Positions 39,802 to 52,315 of a stretch of 64,000 nucleotides of DNA are shown here, one piece after another (within the stretch, counting starts at the first letter, position 1; each line of letters begins with the position of its first letter). This stretch comes from Octopus vulgaris (taxonomy: Eukaryota), in NCBI GenBank assembly GCA_951406725.2, contig OX597816.1, forward strand, positions 128,464,001-128,528,000. Reading direction: 5' to 3'. The notes under the pieces were generated by a model. It was not told where the DNA came from and made no database searches. It was given only the letters and a program-made list of their open reading frames with translations. The translations under genes and the position numbers were made by a program.

Positions 39802-40572
39802 CGAGGGATGCTGAAAAGTTGCTGGCTTAGGGTAAAAGAAAATACAGGAGGCTCTGTTAATTATGATTTTGTGCAAATATATTCCCCTCTCAGATCCACA
39901 CACTTATTGTGGTGGTCCTTTTGTTTTTCTATATGTCTGGTGAGTTCACCATCATCAATTCATCACAAGGAAAGTTCGCTGTCATCAATTCACCACAGAG
40001 AAAGTTGACCATCATCAATTCACTGCAGAGTAAGTTCATTATCATCAATTCACCGCAAGAAAAGTTCAGTGTCATCATTTCACCACAGAGCAAGTTCATT
40101 CATCAATTCACCACAGGGAAAGTTGACCATCATGAATTCACTGCAGAGAAAGTTCACCGTCATCAATCCACTGCAGAGAAAGTTCATTATCCTCAATTCA
40201 CCACAAGAAAAGTTCAGTGTCGTTATTTCACTACAGGGCAAGTTCAGTCATCAATTCACCGCAGGAAAAGTTCACCATCATCAATTCACTACAGGGAAAG
40301 TTCATTATCATCAATTCATTGCATGAAAAGCTCTCTGTCATCAATTCAGCTTTTTTTTCTTCAATAAAATAGTTTCTAACTATTGATGATGAGATACTAT
40401 GGATATATTGGTAAACTTTGCTCATGGGAACTTTCTTCACAGTGAATTGATGGTGGTGAACTTTCCCTGCAATGAATTGATGATGATGAACTTACCTGTA
40501 ATCATTTTTCTCAGCTCTCTAAAAGGCCTTTCATGACACCCTTAAAACCAGGAACTTTTCAGTACTTCCTCA
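39802..40572. mobile_element. Mariner-type MITE hosting a nested element
   Basis: TA|CGAGGGATGCTGAAAAGTTGCTGGCT...AACCAGGAACTTTTCAGTACTTCCTCA|TA TIRs. Confidence 0.85.
39932..40503. mobile_element. MULE/foldback-like element with 30-bp (2 x 15-bp) subterminal arrays
   Basis: About 13.7 units of AGTTCACCATCATCAATTCACCACAGGGAA (39943-40348) and about 2.4 inverted units (40426-40495). Candidate 9-bp TSD GTTTTTCTA/ATTTTTCTC. Confidence 0.7.
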
Positions 40573-41684
40573 TATAAAAGAATGAGATGGTTAATCCTGA
40601 ATGCTTTGTTTCTGATTATTTTTTTAATTTTTTTCTCAATAGCTCAATCAGAGAAGAAAGCTAGCTTTACTAACTTATTCCAAGGCCTCTGTGGCTGTTG
40701 GTGGTAATGTGCAAAGTTGGATGAGGAGGAAACAGTTGATTATATTGACACCACCCCCTACACCCATGCAGTACTTGACTGGTACTTTTTTTTATTGACA
40801 CTTGAAGGAAAGATGAATTTGATCTTAATAGAGTTTTGGCAGAGCATAAACACCCAAAATAAAATACCACAAGATTATTTTGTTTGACATTCTAATGATC
40901 CCAAAGAACTATCTGTCTAAAGATAATAAAAATAACTGTTTCTAATATATGCACTCAGTAAAATATTTTGGAGGAATGGTTAGCCAATTAAAAATAAATC
41001 GTATTTGATTGGTAATGCCTTTTATTGACTCTAGAGTGGAAAAAAAGCAAAAACTAACCTTTGTAAGATTTGAACTCAAAACACAATGAGCTGGAACAAA
41101 TTACCACAAATCTTTTTTTTTTCTGATATCCTAGTGATTCAGTCAATCCACTGCCTTAACAAATACTATCAACAATAAGAAAACTAGATTGGAGCAGAAC
41201 CACTCATATAAGCACTTGGGATTTAAGGAAACATGTAAGCTACAAATATATGGAAGTAAAGGAGACAAAAAAGGCTATACAGGCACAAGCAGAGCTATGT
41301 GATTAAGAAGTTCATTTCATAACGATGTGGTTGTGAGCTCCAAGCTACTACAGACCCATGGCAACCAAAACAGTGTGAATGCATTTGGCAGAAGGAAATG
41401 GAAAGAAGACCATGATTGATTGATTGATTGATTGATCAATCAATCAATCGATAAATAGATAGATAGATTCACATCTGGGCAAAAAATAAAAATATAGCAT
41501 AAAGACAAGATAAAAAAAAAGCAAATTCAGAGCGTACTAGGTTGATAGTCAGGAAATAAAAAAAAGAAATGTCTTTTATGTTTCATGTATTTGTTCTTCT
41601 GAAAGAGAGGACAGACAAAGAGAGAAAAAAATGGAGAAGATAAAATAGAGAAACAGAAATGCACGATATATATATATATATATA

Positions 41685-43592
41685 CTAGCAGACACCCACC
41701 GTTGCTCAGGAATAAATGGCATAGTTTGTATATAATATATTACAGTCATGTTGAAACAGGTGATATGGGAAAGTGCAGCATTGACAACAAAACATTTGTG
41801 GAGTAAATGATGGCCTAATTCGAGTAAGCAACATGCTATGTGTCTGTTTGGAATATTTCAGGTCCTAACCTGTGGGGGTTATGTGATTTTTGAACACACC
41901 AAGAAGCTGTCAATGGATATACTCTCTTTTGCAGCAGTCGGCGCTGAGTCTAACACAACCCATCATCTGAAATGTTGACACCTCCTTCGGGTTTGTTGTC
42001 CTACATCATTCACAAAGTAAATTTGGAGGAACTGTGATTGCTCATTTGTGGGTAACAGGGAACCAATGAGGTGATAGACTTGCCTTTGAACTTTGACGTT
42101 GTCATAAATTCATGTTTATCTATCTTCTTAAATGCACCAAACGATGTCATTTGCAGAGTTGTATTGTCTGATATTGTTCAGAAAATCTTTTGACTGGATG
42201 GAAATGCCTTCTAGGAGATCTATAAGAGGTTGAAAAGGAGCTGGTAGTGCTGGCAATGTTACCTGACTGCCTGAGCAGTACATACCATTTGCATCATTTA
42301 AAAATGTTAAAGCTCTACAGAAAAGACAATTTGTGTTTAGCACACCAATTTGCAGAGAGTTATTATTTTTATAAGAATGGGATGGATCATATCTGAAAGT
42401 AGCTTCAGGAGTTGTGAAGAACGAATTTGTATGTAGCCTGTTTCTGAGAGCTATTCTATTGGGCTTCTGTCTAATCATTAAAACATTGATTTAATGATCC
42501 AGTATTAAGTGCTGCAACATGCATTTGCTGATGTAGAGAAAATCTCATCTAGCTTCTCTTTTCAGACTCTCGTGTTTGGTTTTCTACAATCCTCCTTGCT
42601 TTATATTTGTTTCTGAAGAGATTACATCTTTTCTTTGGTGGCATATTTTTCCCAATATTGTAAACAAAATATTATCAACATAGAAAGAAATTATATATTA
42701 ATCCCTATTTTTGTAAGTAGTTGTATCTGTAAAAATTTTATTTCAAGAGAGCAGAAAAGATAAACTGAAAAGAACAGAGAATAAAAGTGAAAGATGTATG
42801 TACATCTACATGAAATGGATGTGTGTGTATGTATGTGTGTGCATGTGTGTGTGTGTGTGCATGCATGCGTGCTTGTGTGTGTATGTGAGAGAAAAGAGGG
42901 TGAGAAAGGGCGATAGAGTGAGTGATTGAAGGTGTGTGTTGTGATGACTGATGTCTTTTAAAATTTTTATGATAGTTAATTTATGGAAAAGATTATGTTA
43001 AACTTTTGAAATGCAAATATGTGAATGAAAATTAAGTTTAATTTGTAGCCAAAATAGTACTGAATCTTTTGATACCCCTTACGTCAAAATCTGTAACTCG
43101 GTTTTGGAAAGCATAAGGAATATATAATATATAAGACAGTATGTCACATAATACAAACGTAAGACTTGATAGAAATAGCAGCCAAATCTCCCTCAAAACA
43201 CCCTACTGTCTTAATCCAATAATTCTGCCTATTATGTAGTTTGAATGAGAAACTGTAACTAAAGATTAAGGTTATTAACCCCACAGAGAGAGAAAAGAAG
43301 AGAGACAGTATAGTGATGTTTTTGGCTGACTGTCATTCTGTACTGCCCTTGTTGCTAGCGAAATGGTACAGGCCAGCTGTCTGAGCAACTGGTTGTTTTA
43401 ATGGTGGAACAAACAAGACATTAAAGATTACAAAAATAGCAATTCTTACTTTGAAACTAACGATTTTGAAAATCTTTTTAGATTATGGAACACCCAGCTC
43501 TCTCATGTATCCAAGTTTAAAATTTCAGTGCAATTGGATGAACAATACTTGAGCTATAAGTGCACAAACAGACAGAACAGATTTTATATATT
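41685..43592 (-). mobile_element. Helitron, internally deleted
   Basis: The minus-strand 3' end is CCTGAGCAACGGTGGG (degenerate hairpin) TGTCTG CTAG|T. The 5' end near 43592 (ATATAAAATCTGTTCTGTCTGTTTG) resembles the other Helitron 5' ends. A RepHel fragment lies inside. Confidence 0.8.
41962..42478 (-). pseudogene. Helitron RepHel N-terminal fragment
   Basis: IGVLNTNCLFCRAL...YCSGSQVTLPALPAP.QPLIDLL...SKDFLNNIRQYNSA, then after frameshifts QMTSFGA and KVQRQVYHLIGSLLP...QFLQIYF, all conserved Helitron N-terminal motifs. Confidence 0.9.
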
Positions 43593-43595
43593 AAC

Positions 43596-43651
<56 letters not shown>

Positions 43652-44556
43652 ATTTATATACATATATACCTACATGTATGCATATACATATGTACTTGTC
43701 TGTGTTTTCTTGTTTTGACATTGTGTGCTAATTGTAAATAAACATTACTGATAAACAAATAGTTTCATTTCTTTTAAACTTTCCATGAAAACATGTTGAA
43801 AGGACTAAGGAAAATATTACTCTGCTAGAAACAGGTGAGGATTAGTGACAGGAAGAGCATCCAGCCATTAAAAATCTGATGAACGAATTTCATCAGTCAG
43901 GCAAATATGGAATAATAGACATTATAATGATGATGATGAAGACAACAACAGCAATTACGATGATAAGGAGGAGGAGGAAGAGGAGGATCCTCCTCCTTAT
44001 CATCATCATCATCATTGTCTCCATAGAAGTATAATTCAGAAACATAGTTTATTGTATTATATAAACTATTAAAGTACAAACTAATAACAGTGAGAAGAAA
44101 AGGGTCACGTTTGTAGGTATAATGTTTATATTTTTGTTCTTGTACTTCACAAAGTCCATTAATTCTTATTGGTACTGTATCTACTCTTAAATGCTTCATC
44201 TTTTTCTGTTTCATTTGAAAGCTTTGCACTTCAAATTATTTTTTACACTTTTCACTGTACAATGTTTTGATCAAAAAATGTCCAAGATGTCTCTTAACAT
44301 ACTTTTGTTTCTGGAGCCTTTGAGTATGACATCTGAATAGTTTTCTTTTATTTCCTGTTTTAGACAAGCATTGAAGGACTATAACAGCCAAGCATTGTAA
44401 CTGGCAAGAATTATGAAATATGAATGTCTACTATATTTACTTGGATACAACATAATGTACATCTCTACTTTTTGTTCTTAAAACTTTGTAATACATTTTA
44501 TATTCTTATATTTTTTACACTTAAGTATTATGCCACCCACAAATCTTGATCACAAG

Positions 44557-44780
44557 CCTTTCTACTATAGGTACAAGGCTGAAATTTGGTTGTGGGGAGG
44601 AGTAAGTCAATTATATCGACTCCAATACTCCAATACTCAACTGGTACTTAATTTATCAACCCCAAAAGGAATAAAGGCAAAGTCGACTTCAGCGGAATTT
44701 GAACTCAGACTGTAGTAACAGACAAAATAGCACTAAGCATTTTGCCTGGAATACTAACGACTCTGTCAGCTTGTCACGTT
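44557..44780 (-). mobile_element. SINE family B
   Basis: TSD CAAATCTTGATCA at 44540 and 44782. Confidence 0.88.
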
Positions 44781-44985
44781 GCAAATCTTGATCATAATGC
44801 ATTGAATTAAAATTTTGATCCTAGCGTTTTGTCTCAAAAAATATCCTCACATTATTTTGCTTTTAGTTTGCATGAAGTATGGTCTGATATATATAAATAT
44901 TTTTAAATATCTTTTTTATAAGGCTAGTTATAAAAAATGATGCAGGTTAGTACTTTTACCTTGTATTTCAATATTTCAGAGTTAG

Positions 44986-45200
44986 AAGGCAACGAGCTGG
45001 TAGAATCATTACAGTGTCAGGCAAAATACTTAGTAGCATTTCATCTGTCTTTACATTCTGAGTTCAAATGCTGCCAGGGTCGACCCTTTACCTTTCATCT
45101 TTCCAGGGTCAGTAAAATAAGTATCAGTTGAGCACTGAGGTCAGTGTAATAGATTTAACTCCTCCCCTGAAATTGCTGGCCTTGTGCAAAAATTTAAAAC
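44986..45200 (+). mobile_element. SINE family B inserted into a minimal hammerhead motif
   Basis: 17-bp TSD CAATATTTCAG(AG/GA)TTAG at 44969 and 45201. Confidence 0.88.
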
Positions 45201-45964
45201 CAATATTTCAGGATTAGGACCACTTCTTCAGGAAATCTTCATACAAATGGTGTTGTAAGTCGACTTCTCTGTTCTCTAGCCTGTCTGTGTGTGTGTATGA
45301 ATGGTTGCTTTTATTTTATCTGTGATAGTCTCTGAATATTTGCCAATGGATATAATTACCTACCTGGATATATTTGGGGATATAGTTGCTCACCTGGTCA
45401 CATTTCATTACTACACTTAGCAGCAGATCTTTTCTAGCTTCTAAGTACATTTATTGACACAGAGTAGTTCTTTTCACCACCACAGGTAAACCTAACCACA
45501 TGAGCTTCATCAGCTAAGAAGGTGCTAAATAGTTGTCTGATTTTCTTATCCAGAATTGTCAAATCTTTGAACTTTCCATTTATTATAATGAAGCTTTTAC
45601 TTTATGACTATGGTATCTAGTGAAATTACACCTTTGTATGAAAGGTGTAAATACTTTTGACAAATATTTCGTTGTCTCGAATTCAAAACTTTCTCAATAT
45701 AAATATATTTATGCTAGTTCTACATACTTAGTATAAGTGAATAAACTGCAATGGTTTTATTTCTTTTATTTTATTGACATATATGTTTTCCTGTTTTGTT
45801 GTTTGTCTTTCATTTTCTCAATTTCATATGAGCTGCAGAATTTAATTTAAATTTTAGGAAAGTGTCTGCAACCACTGAAAACTTCTGAATGAAAAGAAAA
45901 ACATCTGAATGTGAACAAAGTTGGATTTGACTATTAAATAAATCTTTATCAACTTCTCTCTCTC

Positions 45965-46006
<42 letters not shown>

Positions 46007-46008
46007 TG

Positions 46009-46053
<45 letters not shown>

Positions 46054-46739
46054 ATCTGTGATGTGTGTGTGTGTTAGTCAAAAGTGTTGGGAGATAGGAG
46101 AACTTGCAGCATGTCAGAGAAAATGTTTTACATTTACCTACATTCCTTTAAGTTCTGAGTTCAAATCATCAGCCCTTGGAAGGAAGAAACGCAATGTTAG
46201 TTCAGTGAATGAATATATATAAAGCCTCTGTCATTCAATGATGACCATGTAGTTGCACATGTACATGCAGACCAGGGAAACACTTGTTGACAAAACCTAG
46301 TAGTTCCTTATACATGCAAATCTTCCATCTTCATGCCATTGATGTTTATCCAAGGAAAAATCACTGACTTGGTCCAAAATAGCACTTGGCACATGTGTTA
46401 ACACAAGTGTTGCTGTTAAAGCATAAAAGGTTGGAAAAGACACTGGAAAATACATCTCACCTGACCATTTAGTAGTTCTACCATTCCATTGGCATGGATT
46501 GATTCTTTTTTATCCATTCCAAAAGATGGATACCAAATTTTACCTCTGCAGGATCAGGATCTCAGGATATAGGATCAGGACAAATACTGCAAGGCACTCT
46601 ATCCAGCATTCTAAGACATCTTGAATTGGGGAAAACTATTCTAAATAATGATTTTATTTATTGTAGTTTTATTATATTTTATTTTTACTTTTCAGTTATC
46701 ATACTGATTTATAATCAAAGGGATATGAATTTTGAGATT

Positions 46740-47100
46740 CTTTTACTTTTTTACTTGTTTCAGTCATTTGACTGTGGCCATGCTGGAGCACTGCCTTTAG
46801 TAAGTCGAGCAAATCGCCCCCCGGACTTATACTTTGTAAGCCTAGTACTTATTCTGTCGGTCTCTTTTGCCAAACCGCTAAGTTACAGGGACGTAAACAC
46901 ACCAGCATCGGTTGTCAAGCGATGTTGGGTGGGTGGGGGGACAAACACAGACACACACACACACATATATATATATATACACACATATACGACAGGCTTC
47001 TTTCAGTTTCTGTCTACCAAATACATTCACAAGGTTTTGGTCAGCCTGAGGCTATAGTAGAAGACACTTGCCCAAGGTGCCACACAGTGGGACTGAACTC
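46740..47100 (-). mobile_element. SINE family A
   Basis: Near-consensus reverse complement; the head is truncated. Confidence 0.9.
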
Positions 47101-48144
47101 AGATTGGTTAAATTAATCAAAATAACTTTAGTTCTTGACTGCTACTGAGAACTAAAATATATAATTTAGTCAGTTATTTAAAAATTTATTGATAAGTCCT
47201 TCTAGAATATCTCTTTAATGGCTCAATCGATGAGTATATCATGACAAAACAAAATTTCAATTCTTGATGCTATCATTCCATAATTTAAACATATATATTG
47301 TGATGAAGTGGTGACATGTTTTTGAGCATTCTTCTTTTTGACACTATAAAAGCAAAACAGATTAACAGTCAAGTTTTGTACATTAAGGAGTGGATTTACA
47401 AATTGATGTCAAAAAAATCTGCAAAGCAGGCTTAAAAAATACACCAGTAATTCAGTAAAGAATGTATTTCATGTATTACTTATATTTGGGAATTATTTCC
47501 TTTCAAATGGTTACCTTGGAAGCATTCAGGTTGTCCAGCTTGTTCTTCAACATCTTGTAAGTACTACAGGAGTTCTCTTTCTGAAGGCCATCCGATACTA
47601 CATGTGATTTCATTTGAAATTCATCAAAGAAATTTATCTAGTATAGTAATTATAATTAATTTAGACTGTTAGACCATACCTGAGAACTCTACGTCTGAAT
47701 TTTGACTTATAAAAATAGCAGTGAAATTATCTTCAAAAATACACTATATTATCTTAAAAAAAGGAAGGAAACGTTTGATAATATAACCCACTGTCTAAGA
47801 AAAAAAGGTGGTATGTTTACACTGGAATGCCTTTGGTTATAGGATTACTTAATGAGAATTAAGGGAACTAGGACTGCATAGCAATATATGACAGCTGATC
47901 GATACACATAAGTGTGACTTATATTGCAAATCTATTTAAACCTTATCAAAAATGAAAAGCCTAGTCTTGAAAGTTTGACAGTAAAGTAATGAGCAAAGAA
48001 GAACAAATATTTAGTTGCATTTTGTGAATCAAAAAAATTTTTAAAAAGACTCACAACTGCATAAATTTCATTTCATAAATTGCTTCAACCTGTACAATTT
48101 TAAACAATATGTATATTTTAAGTTTCATATTATGTAGGGTTTTA

Positions 48145-49044
48145 TGAGGTGGTATCAAAAGGCTCTTGAACTAGTTATGTTTGATAAAAAATAACTTATT
48201 CTATTAAGTTTTAACATCATCTCCTGTGAAATAGTCACCTTATGCAGCAATACACCAGCCCCAGCCTTCCTGCCACTTTTGAAATCCAACCTAGAAGTCG
48301 TTTTCTGTAAGAGAGTTGAGGACCTTCCATAATTCACTCTGGATCTTGACAATGGTGTTAAAACAGCGACCTTTGAGCTACATTTTTATCTTGGAGAAGA
48401 GATAGAAGTCCAAAGGGGCTAAATCTGGTGAATAGGGTGGGTGCAGAAATGATGCCAAGTTGTTTTTGAGAGAGCTCCAGAAAGGGTGCACAGTCATCAT
48501 GAAAAATTGAATTTTTCATGCTCCACAGATCTGATCACTTTGGATGAATGTTCTCCTTCAAATGCTTTAAAACATCACAGCAGAACGAACGATTTATGAT
48601 GATCTGGCCCTGGGAGATGAATTATCAATGCTCAATACCACGTTTTTGAGGGTGACACTCACGGCAGATCTTCCAAATCGCTTTTCATCTTCCAGGAACA
48701 TTCTTCTGCTTTTGAAGCCATGCCACTTGAAACATTGCATACAGCTCATTACCTTGTCACTGTAGGCGTGCCAAAGTATGCTCAATGTCTCTGCAGAAGA
48801 CTTCCCAAGATTAACGCAAAATTTCACATTGGCTCTTTGTTCCTGTCCATGACAAAATAGCAGACTACAGCATACATGCGATCACAAAAACACAAATTTC
48901 ACAACTTGCCAAGTAAACACAGCGATGTCACTTGACATACTACCTCATGAAGGTCACTGGTAGCTTTCACCGCACATGCAACTGTGTGCTGCCATCTGTT
49001 GGTATGCTATAGAACTAGTCCAGGAATCTTTTGGCACCACCTTG
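48145..49044 (-). mobile_element. Mariner transposon (irritans-like), internally deleted
   Basis: TIRs TA|TGAGGTGGTATCAAAAGG and TA|CAAGGTGGTGCCAAAAGA. N-terminal KFCVNLGKSSAETL...LEDEKRFGR is joined to C-terminal HPPYSPDLAPLDFYLFSKIK..LKGRCF...GDYF. Confidence 0.93.
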
Positions 49045-51310
49045 TACCACTGGTTAGAATATTTTCTTGCATGCTTCTTTGTTTTCTCTTATCCATCCCA
49101 TTTTCAGTTTCTACTATACTCCTGTTCTAGCAACTAATCCCCATCAACGTAGTGTTTCCATTCATACATATGAAAAAGTGAATTTTTAGCTGATTATTAT
49201 AATTCAGAATCTCCATATATATCAAGAGATCTTCATCATGTAAGTTCTTTTTTAAACTGCAATCCTGGGTAAGTATTTTCGAGGAAGGCCAACAGTTTCC
49301 AATACATGCAGATCTCTTCTTTCCATCTCTCTGATGTTGTTCAGGAGAAAAGCAAAACCACTAGAGCCTTAGCACTTAGTGTTGGCACTAGGAAAAATTG
49401 GCAGTGGTATAGGATCCAAAAATCAAAAGATCTCACAAGTATCTTTCATAGAATTTATAAAACCAATTTAAGATGTAATTTAGTAATAAAGAGAGTTGGT
49501 GAAATCATTCCTGGAATGAAGAGTGGAGGTTATGAATGGATGGAGAGGTGGTGTTATAACATGTCACATAAATTGGGAATGAAATGTTACAAATTTTGCC
49601 CAATATTAGATTTTCTCTGTGATATACAATGATCATAAAGCTATAGATTTCCTTGTTTTGCAAGTTAATTATAATTTTCCATCTACATTTTCTGGCTGGG
49701 TGATGGATGAAGAAAATTGTTGACCAAAATTGGAGAAGGAAATTCTCACTGTAGGACTGGGAGAAGAGGGCACATCTATAAGTTTAGAAGTGGAGGCACA
49801 CATTATTGATCTGGTCTAGTACACTGAATGCCTACACACTGGTGGTAGACTCAAATATTGCTGTTACAACGTAAAGAACTGGAACAAATGTCAACAGATG
49901 ACATAAGGCATCCAATCTGATAGACTAACAATTTCCACAATTTAATATCTTAAACTGGAGCTTATTTATCAATCCTGAAGACAAAGCAGGCTTCAGCAAA
50001 ATTTGAAATCAAATGGCAGAGAGCTGTAACAAATACTGCGATGCAATCAATCTAACATACTAATGACTCTGCCAATTCACTGCCTTTTTAGCTGTGAAAT
50101 AGTACTTGCAATAATACTACTTTACAATTAATTCTCTAATTCTTCAAACCATTTTCTTATTTATTTGTATAAACCACTTTATAGAGAGTACTGGGTGCTT
50201 TTTACGTGGTACCAGCACCCACACCAATGCTTTTTATGTGGCACCTTGGTTTTAGGATCTCAATTCTGTTGTGGTGGGCAGGTCTTCTTGAGTAAATCAA
50301 TGCTCCACATATCTCAGTCTTCTGTCATATCTTTTGTAAGGGTCAGTGTTTTGAAATCCACCTTCAAAACTTCATCCCATGTCTTTCTGGGTTTCCCTTT
50401 CCTAGTTGATATTTGCTAGCAATATTTGTACTGACTATGACATACATAACTTAACTCACTAAATACTTTTACTTATACATTCAAATAAAAATTGACAAAG
50501 GCTATAGTAAAATTTTTTGAAATTAGATTCAAAATATTCTCAAAAGGTTATGTTATAGACAATATTCCAAGTGTAGCAGGCCAGATACTTGATTGAAAAA
50601 GTCTAAGACAGTGTCAAGTAAGAATAGAGAAGAGAAGCTGAATGGAAACTGTCAATCGGAAGTTTTGTTTTCCACTGTAATGACAGAAATAAGTTGATTT
50701 TCTTAAGGAAAGTTTGAGTTTAAGAAAAAGACTGACGAAGAGAGAAAATTGTTGAATAAGTGTAGTCATTTGACTGCTTGACTGTTAGTTTAATTTATTA
50801 AACCAAAATGAAATGAACCAAATCAGCTTTGATAAAGCAGGAAAATATATTAGATGTGGAGAGTCAGTTGTTAACATAAACTAATTAAATTAGCTGTTAA
50901 GGTTCAGTGATTTCTGTTTCTTTGGAAGATTGTACTAACACTAAAATTGAGAACTAGATTACTATCTTTCCTATCTCTAAATCAATCAAATCAGTTTCTA
51001 TCTCCATAGCTGGTGCAACATGTTTCTCCAATGTCGTTTTTTTTCTCTCTTTCTTTCAGTAAGGGTAATTTTATGAAGCTATATAGCTTTCAGGGTTTAA
51101 TATTTTCAGCAAAGATACCTTTTTTTTATGTTTTCCTTTCTTTTTCTTTTTTCTTTTTTTTTTTTTGGTACAGTGCTTTTTGATGTTGCATTCTTCTAGT
51201 TATTGGAATTGCAGAGATAATCTCTTTTCTTAGTTCAGTTTTAAAAAAAAGGGATGTGTGTGCATGTGTGTTTTCATGTACATGCATATATACATAAATA
51301 CATACATACA

Positions 51311-51343
<33 letters not shown>

Positions 51344-51391
51344 TACATACATACATACATACATACATACATACATACATACAGACATACA

Positions 51392-51435
<44 letters not shown>

Positions 51436-52315
51436 CATACATACCATACATACATATATATGCAAGCTTGTCACTGAATGTTCTATAGATGAAAATTAGA
51501 CCTTATAAAAATATCATTCCATGAGACAGATCAGTAGTTATATGAAAACAAAATAAGTTTTCAAAATGAATCTAAACAAGTAAATCAAAAGCTAAAAAAG
51601 CAGAAATATATATAACGAAAGCATTGCTTCAAGATATTGAAACTAAAATAAGGTGTCTATTAAAAAGTAAAAAAAAAAAGAAAATAGTTAACCAAGACTG
51701 TTGAAAACAAAATTCAATCTCAGTTTTTTTTTATTTATAGATATGAAAGGAGGCAGCAACACTTCATTGAAAATTGGTCCTCTTTATGAAAGAATTGGTT
51801 CTTTCAACACAGCATTGCTTGATGCATGTGAATCAGACACCAAGGAGGTGTACAAGCCAACTGACCTTTCTGCATAATTGCTCTACTTGTTCAGTGCTGA
51901 TCCGACAAGAGAGCCTCTTCAAGTAGTTATTTGCCTGCTAGAAATAACCAGAACTCTTTCAAGTTATATCCCACACACTTTTAAAAGGAAGGTCACATTG
52001 GACAATGCAGACTCTGACAGACTATGTGTGTAAATTAAAATGGAGTGGCCCAGATTGTAATGCCTTTGATCAGACCTCTGCCAAATCAGGACTAAACAAA
52101 AGCAACAATCTGTTCATTACTGCAGACATATTTCTCCTAACCCTCAAATTCCATACTGTATATAAAAGAGACTCAATAGTTGAAATAGAAATATAAGGTC
52201 AAAATATTGCAATAGAAAAGACTGACCACAGCTACAGAGTAGTAGGCCACCGCCTTTTCCCCAAGCAAAGAATCACAGCAACAAATGCAACAGATCAAAA
52301 AGGGAGCCTCTACAC

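Noticed and set aside
39943-40348. Regular 30-bp repeat array as a CRISPR array or repeat-protein gene (ORFs 39909-40367 and 40069-40326)
   Set aside because: Units are contiguous with no unique spacers and there are no cas genes. Two 28-bp units break the frame, and the array lies inside transposon termini.
49250-49880. Possible old LINE ORF1 or zinc-knuckle remnant
   Set aside because: Cys/His spacing does not fit and stops are frequent.
50733-50752. CTGACGA-AGAGA-GAAA hammerhead-like core; similar partial hits near 8447, 19943, 29240 and 45508
   Set aside because: No supporting stem I/II/III pairing; consistent with chance or unrecoverable decay.
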